Below are positions 1 through 10,984 of a stretch of 64,000 nucleotides of DNA, piece by piece (within the stretch, counting starts at the first letter, position 1; every line of letters begins with the position of its first letter). The notes beneath the pieces are model-generated. The model was not told the origin of the DNA. It saw only the letters and a program-made list of their open reading frames with translations, and did no database searches. The position numbers and the translations under genes are program-made. This stretch comes from Eledone cirrhosa (taxonomy: Eukaryota): positions 322,958,001-323,022,000 of the forward strand of contig OZ024743.1 in assembly GCA_964016885.1 (NCBI GenBank), written 5' to 3'.

Positions 1-1797
1 CTTTACTCAAGCTTGCTTCTCACACCACAAATGACCTCAATCTCATCATTACAGCCTACCTCACCTCCTTTAGTCAAGCTTGCTTCGCAGACCACAAATG
101 ACCTCAACTTATCATTACTGCCAACCTCACCTCTTTAGTCAACTTGCTTCTCAGACCACAAATGACATCAATCTCATCATTACTGCCTACCTCACCACCT
201 TTGTTCAAGCTTGCTTCTCAGACCACAAATGACGTCAATCTCATCATTACTGCCTACCTCACCTCCTTTAGTCAAGCTTGCTTCTCAGATCACAAATGAC
301 CTCAATCTCACCATTACTGCCTACCTCACCTCTTTGCTCAAGCTTGCTTCTCAGACCACAAATGACCTCAACTTATCATTACTGCCCACCTCACCTCCTT
401 TAGTCAAGCTTAATGCTCAGACCACAAATGACCTCAACTTATCTTTACTGCCAACCACACCTCCTTTAGTCAAGCTTGCTTCTCAGACCACAATCTCATC
501 ATTACTGCCTACCTCACCTCCTTTAATCAAGCTTGCTTCTCAGACCACAAATGACCTCAACTTATCATTACTGCCCACCTCACCTTTTTTAGTTAAGCTT
601 ACTTCTCAGACAACAAATGACCTCAACTGATCATTACTGCCTACCTCACCTCTTTTAGACAAGCTTGCTTCTCAGACCACAAACGACCTCAACTCATCAT
701 TACTGCTTATTTCACCTCCTTTGGTCAAGCTTGCTTCTCAGACCACAAATGACCTCAATCTCATCATACTGCCTACCTCACCTCATTTGGTCAAGTTTGC
801 TTCTCAGACCACAAATGACCTCAACTTATCATTTCTGCCTACCTCACCTCCTTTAGTCAAGCTTGCTTCTCAGACCACAAATGACCTCAATCTCATCATT
901 ACTGCCTACCTCACTTCCTTTAGTCAAGCTTGCTTCTCAGACCACAAATGACCTCAATCTCATCATTACTGCCTACCTCACCTCCTTTAGTCAAGCTTGC
1001 TTCTCAGACCACAACTTATCATTACTGCCTACCTCACCCCCTTTGGTCAAGCTTCTTTCTCAGACCACAAATGACCTCAATCTTATCATTACTGCCTACC
1101 TCACCTCCTTTAGTCAAGCTTGCTTCTCAGACCACAAATGACCTCAATCTCATTATTACTGCCTACCTCACCTCCTTTAGTCAAGCTTGCTTCTCAGACC
1201 ATAAATCACCTCAATCTTATCATTACTACCTACCTCACCTCCTTTGGTCAATCTTGCTTCTCAGACCACAAATTACTCCAATCTCATCATTACTGCCTAC
1301 CTCACCTCCTTTAGTCAAGCCTGCTTCTCAGACCACAAATTACCTCAACTTATCATTACTGCCAACCACACCTCCTTTAGTCAAGCTTGCTTCTCAGACC
1401 ACAAATGACCTCAATCTTATCATTACTGCCAATCACGCCTCCTTTATTCAAGCTTGCTTCTCAGACCACAAATGACCTCAATCTCATCATTACTCCCTAC
1501 ATCCCCTTTAGTCAAGCTTGCTTCTCAGACCACAAATGACCTCAACTTATCATTACTGCCTACCTCACTTTTAGTCAAGCTTGCTTCTCAGACCACAAAT
1601 GACCTCAACTTATCATTACTGCCTACCTCACCTCCTTTGGTCAAGCTTGCTTCTCAGACCACAAATGACCTCAACTTATCATTACTGCCTACCTCACCTC
1701 CTTTAGTCAAGCTTGCTTCTCAGACCACAAATGACCTCAACTTATCATTACTGCCTACCTCACCTTTAGTCAAGATTGCTTCTCAGACCACAAATTA
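1..1797. repeat. Tandem satellite/minisatellite, 65-67 bp unit (tagtcaagcttgcttctcagaccacaaatgacctcaa[tctc|ctt]atcattactgcctacctcacctcctt), truncated by the window start
   Basis: The unit is directly visible about 27 times, with two recurrent variants and occasional deletions. Overlapping repetitive ORFs here are artefacts. Confidence 0.97.
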
Positions 1798-1934
1798 CCC
1801 CATTCCCATCAACATTACTGCTATGACTGTCAACAATATAATTGACTACCGTTTTATAGAAGACCAAGTTCTGTTTGCTTGCTTCCACTTCCACCAGAAC
1901 TTACAGACATTCACAAACTCATACTGGTTCCAAG

Positions 1935-2120
1935 ACAAAAAGCACCCAGTCCACCCTGGTGAAACAAATAAAAACTCCCAGTACATGCTGTAATGTGGTT
2001 GGTGGTAAGAAGGGCATCCAACCATAGAAAACCAAACCAAACTCAGATCCTATGAGCAAGACCTGGTCATCTGACCTGTCTAGCCCATACATCCATGGAA
2101 AATAGACAATCGATGATGAC
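1935..2120 (+). mobile_element. Old RTE-type 3' UTR / SINE tail fragment
   Basis: tgtggttggtggtaagaagggcatccaaccatagaaaacc...catggaaaatagac..gatgatgac resembles the 3' UTR of the RTE copies at 9432-9944 and 55254-55690. Confidence 0.7.
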
Positions 2121-2126
2121 AAAATA

Positions 2127-2486
2127 GTGATGATGATGGTAATGGTGTTAGTGGTGGTAATGATGATGATAATGATGATGATGTTGATGGTTATGACGGT
2201 GGTGATGCTGATTATGATGGTGGTGGTGATGATGATGATGATGATAATGATGATGATGATGGTTATGGCAGTGGTGATGATGATTATGATGGTGGTGGTG
2301 ATGATGATGATGATGATGATAATGAGGATGATGATGGTGATGGTTATGACGGTGGTGATGATGATTATGATGGTGGTGGTGGTGATGATAATGATGATGA
2401 TGATGACGACACAGACGGCGACTACGACAACGATGATGATGATGATGATGGTGATGGTAATGATGATGATGATGATGGCAATGTGA
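2127..2486. repeat. (ATG/GTG)n compound microsatellite
   Basis: Visible trinucleotide run; probably an expanded (GAT)n retroposon tail. Confidence 0.95.
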
Positions 2487-2794
2487 CTTGTGCCAAAGCT
2501 ATAACTTGGATTGTTACCTTTATTGTAATACTAAAAATGTGAACCTATTTTTGTCAATTTAAAATTAAATTTGGCCAAGTTCAGCTCATCACTAAGCTAC
2601 AATCCAATATGGCTTCACAGCCATCCACAAAACAAAGCACAGCAGGTCAGATTAAACAGTGTAGATTCTTAACCAGACAGAGTCATGGTATTTAGAAGTG
2701 GCACTAACATAGTGTGCTTCATCATGAAAATTGTATATAAAAGAATATACAATATATGATATGTTTCTGTGTAATAAACATACTAGTCTCACTA

Positions 2795-3425
2795 TCATCA
2801 TCATCATCATCATCGTTTAACGTCTATCTTCCACGCTAGCATGGGTCTAGACGGCAATTGTCCCACTTGTCTTGCTAGTATAGGACTGTCTGGCGGGTTT
2901 TCTATGGCTGGATGCCCTTCCTAACACCAACCACGTTTACAGTGTGGACTGAGGTTTTTACCGTGTTACTTACACGGCCACATTACAGCGTGGACTGTGT
3001 TTTTTTGTCATGACACCTACACGACCTCATTTATTTAGGACTGGATGTTGTGGAACCAACATAACTTTACAGAGAAAGTGGTAGTGTTGATGGCGGTGGG
3101 GGTAGGGGTAGTGGGACGGGGTGTATTTTGGTTAAGAGGTGCCTACTGACTGTAGGTTTCACTTTGTACTTAGGCAAGGTGGGTCTTCTGTATTACTGTG
3201 TAGCGCCAAATATCTCGGTCCAGTGACATTGTCTTAGAGAGGTGTAAGTGTGTGAGGTCAGAATTTATCAAGTCATCCCAGGTTTTTCTGGGTCTACCTA
3301 CTCTGTAACTACCATCAATTTTGATCGCCCTGCACTTTTTTATACAGCTGTCGTCTTTCATGCGTATCACGTGACCATACCAACATAGTCTTCTCTCGAG
3401 TAAACAGCATTTGATCCCTCTTATT
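2795..3425 (-). mobile_element. 5'-truncated RTE-clade LINE (ORF C-terminus, 3' UTR and (GAT)n tail)
   Basis: ORF 3170-3370 (GRPRKTWDDLINSDL...DRDIWR) is nearly identical to the C-terminus of the RTE ORF at 44569-45492. Confidence 0.93.
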
Positions 3426-3754
3426 CATGAATTTGTTAATGCTGAAATCATGCCACAGCTATCACAGTAGTGGTGAGAATACCAGACAGCTATTTCTGGA
3501 TGTTTAACCATCATCAGTGACATTTACTCACTCGCTCCTGAGACAAAATAAGCTAAAACCTATATAGTGTATCTGGAGTGCTGTGTCATCATTTTTACTG
3601 GTATTCCACCAAATATCTATAGATGTCAGTACATCATATCCAGGTATTTAACTAAATATTTATCTGCCTTTGATCTACTCAATAACAATTGACTGAATCT
3701 ACAACAACAACAACAAAAATGATCAAAATGTAAACACATACCACTGTCGATACC

Positions 3755-3789
3755 AACTACTACCACTATTACTGCTATCACCACTACTA

Positions 3790-3869
<80 letters not shown>

Positions 3870-3921
3870 TCCAGCACCACCACCACCACCACTACTACTG
3901 CTACCACCACCACCGCCGCCG

Positions 3922-3952
<31 letters not shown>

Positions 3953-3966
3953 CACCATTGCCACCA
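3755..3966. repeat. (CTA/CCA/CTG)n microsatellite
   Basis: Direct inspection. Confidence 0.95.
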
Positions 3967-4225
3967 CAAAACTCTGATTGCCATATCTTTAAAGTTAGGT
4001 ATAATATTCTTTGGTCACTTTGTTCATAGTATTCTTATATTATATATGTCCATCATTGTTTAGGTATTTGTAGCCTTCATTATGTGGTAGAGAGAATATA
4101 GAGAAACAGAAACATTTGATTGAAAGGTTCAGGTTTTCAGGTATCAGTCATTAGGAACAGTTCTTTGGGAAACATTCTATCCCTATATCAACTTCGTCCC
4201 ACACTAATTGTATTATATTTTAGAA

Positions 4226-4833
4226 TGGATTGGCAAAATCAGTAGAACATGAGATAACATGCTTACCGGCATAGAGTTACAGCCCTTTACGTTCTGAGTT
4301 CAAATCCTGTCAAGGTTAGCTTTACCTTTCATCCTTACAGGAGTCTATAAAATGAAGTACCAGTAACACACTGGGGTCGATTTAATCGACTTTCCCTTCC
4401 CCAAAATCGTTGGCCTTTTGCCTAAATCAGAAATCATTATATTTTAGAAAGAATGGATTGGCAGTATTGGTAGAGGGTTGGACACCATGCTTTCCAGCAT
4501 AGTTACGTCCCTTTACGATCTGAGTTCAAATCTCGCCGAGGTTGACTTTTCCTTTCATCCTTACGGGGTCGATAAAATAAAGTACCAGTAATGTACTGGG
4601 TAATTGCTGGCCTTGTGCCTAAAGTAGAAACAATTATATTTTAGAAAGAATTGGATTGGCAGTATCGGTAGAGGGTCGGACGCCATGCTTTGCAGCAAAG
4701 AGTTACGGCCCTTTATGGTCTGAGTTCAAATCCCACTGAGGTTAACTTAGCCTTTAATCCTTACGGGGTCGATAAAATAAAGTACCAGTAATGAACTGGA
4801 ATAATTGCTGGCCTTGTGCCAAAAGTAGAAATA
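4226..4833 (+). mobile_element. Three head-to-tail tRNA-derived SINEs (~180-210 bp each)
   Basis: Each has an A-box-like tggcagtatcggtaga, a B-box gagttcaaatcc, a conserved core cctttcatccttacggggtcgataaaataaagtaccag and a tail ggccttgtgcc..tagaaac. They are separated by a repeated attatattttagaa(agaa). Confidence 0.9.
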
Positions 4834-4879
4834 ATTATATTTTAGAAAGAGTTGCTGGACAGATTTTACGGACAAAACC

Positions 4880-5030
4880 AACTGGCAGTAGACCCTGAGC
4901 AAGATGGTTGGATAGCATCTATGAGCTTGGCTGGTCTTGCTTGGGGATCCAGCCAGATCAATTGGAAAGTGTTGCTTCTGACAGGACCTGCTGGAAAGCG
5001 TGTTTGAGGACTCTTCCCCCACGACCCTCT
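4880..5030 (+). mobile_element. Degraded RTE/BovB-like LINE C-terminal fragment
   Basis: Translation LGIQPDQLESVASDRTCWK resembles the RTE C-terminal WExxAxDRxxWR motif. Confidence 0.5.
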
Positions 5031-5239
5031 CAGGTAACAGTATGTGCATGGGTTAGAGACTGGAGCATGTTGGTGAGCAACTGCATACCAATCAGTCAAA
5101 TAGTCTTTTTTGCAATTTAAAATATCTATGGATGTAATAACACTGTCGTCAATCCTTTCACTATTTCTATTCTGTAAGAGACATGTTTTTATTTAATATG
5201 TAAATTGTAATGAGGAGACTAGCATCATCAATTAAGTCG

Positions 5240-5270
<31 letters not shown>

Positions 5271-5359
5271 TTAACATCCGTTTTCCTGACTAGCAAGGAT
5301 TGGATCAATACTTTAGAAATATGAGATGTATCTGAGACTGGAAGAAAAAAAATATGTGT

Positions 5360-5408
<49 letters not shown>

Positions 5409-8400
5409 CACACACACACATATATATATGTATATTTCTCAAATCATTTCTAAGGTTTACAGATACATGAGTTTATCATGTACTTTACTGAACATGACAC
5501 TTATTAAAGAAACCCTACACACTCCCCCTTCTATAAAATTTCATGTACTCAACTATCAAAAATGATGAAATACATAAAGAATTTCCAAATTAATAGGTTA
5601 AATCAAATTAGCAAGATCTCAAATCAAGTTTCTAAATGGAAATATATCAGGCAAATAACACGTTCAAGATATATGTATGCATGAAGAAACATCTTAGTCT
5701 CTCAATTATTTGTGTATTTAGTATTAACTCAAGTAGACCTCATAAAACAGTTTAACTGAAATGTCACTTGATCTGCTCATATGTTCCCTAATGACATACC
5801 CATTAGATTATTAATTGGAACTTTGGTTTGGCACAAGAGAAGAAACTGCAGGATAGAAACTATTCATAACAGTTTTTGAAACCTATCATATTGTTGGTTC
5901 AAAATCCACCTTGGTTGACTCAACATTTTACACTTCAAGTTTCAAGAAAGCCTTGACTGATCTGACATGTAATTTGACTGTTTGTCTATCATGGCATTTT
6001 AGTGGGCTTTAGAATGCTTGGCAGTGCCCATCTCCTCTCCAAGCATTAAGTCCCTCACCAAGTTTAGCCTGCTAGCAGAAGCAGTTTCCGGGGTGTGGCT
6101 GAAAAAGTTTTCGAAGCCAATAGTGAGAGTCAGGTGTATCCTGCCATAACTCATTGTCTAAAACCATCCTTCAGGGCACAGTCGAGGTAGGGCAAAGAAA
6201 AGGCAAGCAAAGAAAATGCTTGTCCACTAGGTGAGTCCTGATTGAGCAAGCCTATAATCAAAGGCATTTCAACTATGTTCATCTTGTCTTTTTCCCAGAC
6301 AAACAATGCCGCAAACCACTATGTTATGTGTCGTTCTTTTCTAACATGCTAAGATGTGATTTCAGGAAAATGTAACTGTTGTTTCTAGCATGTCAGGTGA
6401 TCCCATAGAAACTCTTTCATTGAGTCATGAATTGACTGTACATAATTATAGTACCCCTACCTGGCATAAACAGTATAAATATTTATTGAAATGAAATCAT
6501 CTCAATTATACAGAACTTTAAAATAAATGCCTTGTTTACATTTGCTTGTTTCAGTTATTGGACTTCATCACATGGAGCATTTTTAACTTTTAAAACTGTA
6601 ATCTTCTTACTTTTGACAATAAAACTGCATCAAAAATATACTTAAAAAATTGTATTTTCCTTTTCTTTACATTTACTGTGGATTATATCTAGATCTGCAG
6701 TCATTCCTAAACTCATTGTACTCCTAACTATGTCAAGATCAATTTTCTATTTTATGATACTTAAACTTGGTATTCAAAGTAATAATTCTAATATATTTCT
6801 AAGAAGTATATTTTATTACAAATGCAAAAAACAGTTGAATATGATACATATATAAAACATCAAATATACATAATATCATTATTAACACATTTACATGCAC
6901 TGGGTAATTGATGGCCTTGTGCCAAAAGTAGAAACAATTATTAACACATTTACAAGTAAAACAATAAACAGTTATTGAAATGAAATCATCATCATCATCA
7001 TCATTTAATGTCTGCTTTCCTGGCTAACAAGGGTTGGATAGGTCTTCACAGACAAGGTCGGTACGGAAACAAATTTACTGACCTCCCAGACAGTCACATG
7101 TTTTGGGTTAGTTTGTGGATAATTTTGAACATAATTTTAAAACTAATTTTATTGCTGTTGACAATGCAAAAACAAAAATGTCATTAAAAATTCCTACTTT
7201 CAGTTTTGTCACGTTTATGCTGATTATGGCTAAAGCAGATAGTTTTTTTTTCCCACTGAGTTCTTAAATATGATATGATCAATTTTAATTTGTTGAAAGA
7301 TTGTTCACAGTTAACAATAAAAGTTGCAGTAGTGAGCATTATCTTAATAGTTAGACATTTTGAAAAACATTTTCATATCCACACTAAACAATAAAATTAA
7401 AGAATTCAACAGTCTTAAGGAATCTAAATGACTTTTCAGAAGCATCTTATGATCAAAAGTTTCTTCATAAACCACAGAGCTACACAATTGTGACAACTTA
7501 TTTCTTAAGCTAGTTACATTAAGAATGCTGTTGATTTTATCATTTAAAATGAGTGGAACATCAAATAATTTGTATAAAAAAAATTAAATGGAGAGTTTTA
7601 TTCATAAATGTTTCAGTCTAAAAGACACATCAGTAAATATAAGATCTGTTTTGATTATTATGCCTTTAGCATTGGTTAAGGATTGAAGTTTGAAAAATCA
7701 GAAGCTTTAGTTACAGTCATCCTAAAAGCTGCTACCCTTGTTAGCACGGAATGTGGACGTTAAAATGATGGCAATAATGATGATGATGATATATATATAA
7801 GCTTTAGTTGCAGTCATCCTAAAAGATGTTATATATATAATCATGTATGTAGATGGAAAAATTATATTTTTAATTCTATTTAATTCCTTACACATGTTTC
7901 AGGAGAGTTGCACATCCAATTATTCAAAAATATATTTGCTCTGTGTTTATGTCTGCACTTCCAAAACTTTCTCCCTAAAAAAACTTCTTTCTCTTCAAAC
8001 CAATATAATATATAAACACATTGAGCGAATTCTCAAAAGGCATGGCAACTATATACTATCATGTATAATTCTCTACTTACCTTTGAGCCTTGTATATTTA
8101 GTTTTACTTTGATGATGATGATGATGATATATATATACATGTAAATAAAACCTTTATTTCTCCAATCAGTCTACTCACCCTCCAAATTCATCAAATAATC
8201 ATATACGGACCACCAAACTCAGCTTATGCAACCAGACTGTAATAGCCACCAAATGGGGAAGACACAGAAATTGTCAAGCTGCAGCTGTCATATTACATAG
8301 CTTCTATATAATAAAGCCAAAGATATTATTATCTACAGTGACTATGACTCCATTACATAATAGACCGTGTTCCAACCTCTTCCATATTCCTTCAACCTTA

Positions 8401-8764
8401 GACCCTCATATTATCCACTAACATGCATCCAGAAGTATAGTTCTCACAACATAACATAAAACCAAATAAGAATATACCCAAGCTATTCAAGAAATAAGCG
8501 AAACAATTAGAAAACGAAGAACACAAGAAGTCTAGTTCCTACAACACAACCTAAACACCAAAATAATAATAAGCAAGAAAATACCCAATCTAATGTAAAT
8601 ATGATATCAGAAAATACGATAACAAAAGGCAAAATGTATAAACCTCAATGTCATTATTTACATGAAACACATAATATATACAAACCTACATGTATAAAAA
8701 GTTCACCCACATAATCAGAGATATGGAAAATAAATGAACAAAATCACTACTTACCTATCTGGAT

Positions 8765-9427
8765 CATACTCAGCAAGACCTTTGTTAGCCGCTCTCCAGC
8801 CATCTATTTAAAGCTGTATACAGTTATGGTACGACCACACTTGGAATTCGCATCATCAGTCTGGAACCCCTATCCTGCTCAGAACATTGACCTCCTGGAA
8901 ACTGTTCAGACGTGCAACCAAGCGCATACCCTCCATCAGACACCTACCATACTCTGAATGCCTTGCTTCCATGGGGATGGATTCATTGAAACTCCGACAT
9001 CTGGCAATGGACTTGGTAAACACCCACAAAGTGATTAACCATCTCGCCAAGAACAACCCTGAGCACCTTTTTGATCTCCATGTGTCTAACACACGTAGAC
9101 ATGCCTACAAAATCAGAAAACAGCACAGCTCCCAACGACTTTCAGAAACATTTTTTTCATGCTTAGAGTTGCTGAAGCATGGAACAAACTGCCTGCGTCA
9201 GTTGTTAGCTGCCGAGACACTGCATCCTTTAAAACCCTCATGCTTCCCGAAATTCGCCAAAACTACACCTGATGTACCCCTTCCATACACATGCACACGT
9301 GTATATCATGACTCATGCACTGTTCATTTTCCTGACTTTTGTACATTACCCTATGTACTATACATACATGTTTGATGAGTTGTAGTGCACCTGAGCACTG
9401 TACACAATATTTTAATTATTATCATAA
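8765..9427 (+). mobile_element. 5'-truncated CR1-clade LINE 3' end
   Basis: Close homologue of 26608-27270 in opposite orientation; encodes RPHLEFASSVWNP, RRATKRIP and WNKLP, with an (ATT)n-like tail. Confidence 0.92.
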
Positions 9428-9431
9428 TGTG

Positions 9432-9944
9432 ACTAAATACAAAGTAAAAACCTACTACAGTCAGTAGGCACCTCTATCAAAACACAACCCCGTCCCACCA
9501 CCTCCACCCCACCCACACCGCCCCTTTCAATGTAAAGTTATGTTGGTCCCACAACATCCAGGCCGAAACAAATGAGATCGTGTAGGTGTCACGACAAAAA
9601 ACACACAGTCCACGCTGTAAATGTGGCCGTGTAGGCAACACGGTAAAAACCTCCCAGCCCCACACTGTAAATGCGGTTGGTGTTAGGAAGGGCATCCAGC
9701 TGTAGAAAACCCGCCAGACAGTCCACGCTGTAATGTGGCCATGTAGGCAACACGGTAAAAACCTCCCAGCCCCACACTGTAAATGTGGTTGGTGTTAGGA
9801 AGGGCATCCAACTGTAGAAAACCCGCCAGACAGTCCTATGCGAGCAAGACAACCACTCTTGCCTCAAGTGGGAAAACCCCCGTCCAAACCCATGCAAGCG
9901 TGGAACACGGACGCTAAACCTGATGATGATGATGATGATGATGA
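9432..9944 (+). mobile_element. RTE LINE 3' UTR copy with internal ~115 bp duplication and (GAT)n tail
   Basis: Reverse complement of 44081-44570, including the same internal duplication. Confidence 0.9.
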
Positions 9945-10369
9945 CTTACCTTTCTGGATCATTCCTAAAAATGTGACCATTCTTCAAGGTGAATGCAGAG
10001 AAAGGGAGAAAGTAAAGACAAAAGCACCACTATATGATGCTATCCATCAACTATTGGTCAAACCAAAAGACTAAAAAACGCTGTTTAGAATTTTATTACC
10101 TCTAAACAAAGCTAAATTTTGTCCAAGTAGGTCATATCAGATAGTTATTGCCAACAGATTAAATTTCTAGTTTCAATGTAAAATTCCATACCCTTTACTT
10201 TTTTCACAAATATACCAAATTTACTTAGATCTCAAAGCAAATAAATAAAAGTTAAATTAAATTCAAAGCCATATACTTTCCAAAGTAAACTGAAACTAAC
10301 ACCCCACACCCCAACCCCACCCCAAAATTTGAAATTTCTCTTAAATATGCGAAGCTACTACTACCTTAA

Positions 10370-10935
10370 CTCTTTAGCATTTAAACCGGCCATGATGGAG
10401 GCACATGGCTTAGTGGTTAGAGCATTGGCCTTGCAATCGAAAGGTTGTGAGTTCAATTCTCAGACCGGGTGATGTGTTGTTTCCTTGAGCAAGACACTTT
10501 ATTTCACATTGCTCCAGTTTACTCAGCTGTAGAAATGAGATGATAGGGACTGGGGTCCCTATCATTCCACTGCAAAGTGGTCGTGGAGATGTCACAGCAA
10601 AAAAGCACCCAGCACTCACTGTAAATGAGGTTGGTGTTAGGAAGGGCATCCAGCTCTAGAAATCAAGCCAGAATCAGTTCCCGTCCCACTCTTGCAAGCA
10701 GGGAAAAGTGGACGTAAAATGAAATGAAAATGAAATGATATCCAGCCAGAATTCTCTCACCACTTTCTGTTCAAACCATCCATAACCGGCCACTCATACT
10801 GACATTAAGGTATTATTCTCAAAATAAATAACATCAAAATCTCGTAGATTCGATATTATGTGAAATAATTATGTTAGATAAAGCCATTACCACAAAAATA
10901 CAATAGTATATCAGAGTAATGTAAATGCTAAAGGG
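10370..10935. mobile_element. piggyBac-like MITE (TTAA target duplication), interrupted by a SINE
   Basis: ttaa|ctctttagcattta ... taaatgctaaaggg|ttaa terminal inverted repeats; a second copy lies at 40053-40665. Confidence 0.8.
10397..10737 (+). mobile_element. tRNA-derived SINE with RTE-derived 3' end
   Basis: A box tggcttagtggttag, B box gagttcaattc, core ccttgagcaagacactttatttcac. Its 3' half matches the RTE 3' UTR at 33440-33590. Near-identical copy at 43738-44045. Confidence 0.92.
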
Positions 10936-10984
10936 TTAATGTAAATAAATTAATTTCAAAGTCCTATGCCTCTCAGCTGCAAAC

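Noticed and set aside
1-1797. CRISPR-like array, repetitive protein ORFs, or C/D-box snoRNA array (minus strand ATGATGA...CTGA)
   Set aside because: No unique spacers; unit length is not a multiple of 3 and frames shift; the C box is lost in about half of the units and no terminal stems are evident.
2127-3967. Poly-Met and poly-Val ORFs
   Set aside because: Translations of trinucleotide microsatellites.
8180-8740. Possible old PLE fragment
   Set aside because: A-rich and vaguely similar, but no unambiguous motif could be read.
9944-9975. Possible minus-strand 15-nt microexon (ttttag|GAATGATCCAGAAAG|gtaagt)
   Set aside because: Splice-like motifs are expected by chance; no supporting exons or transcript evidence.
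10397-10470. tRNA gene
   Set aside because: A/B boxes continue into a SINE body and tail; no complete cloverleaf.
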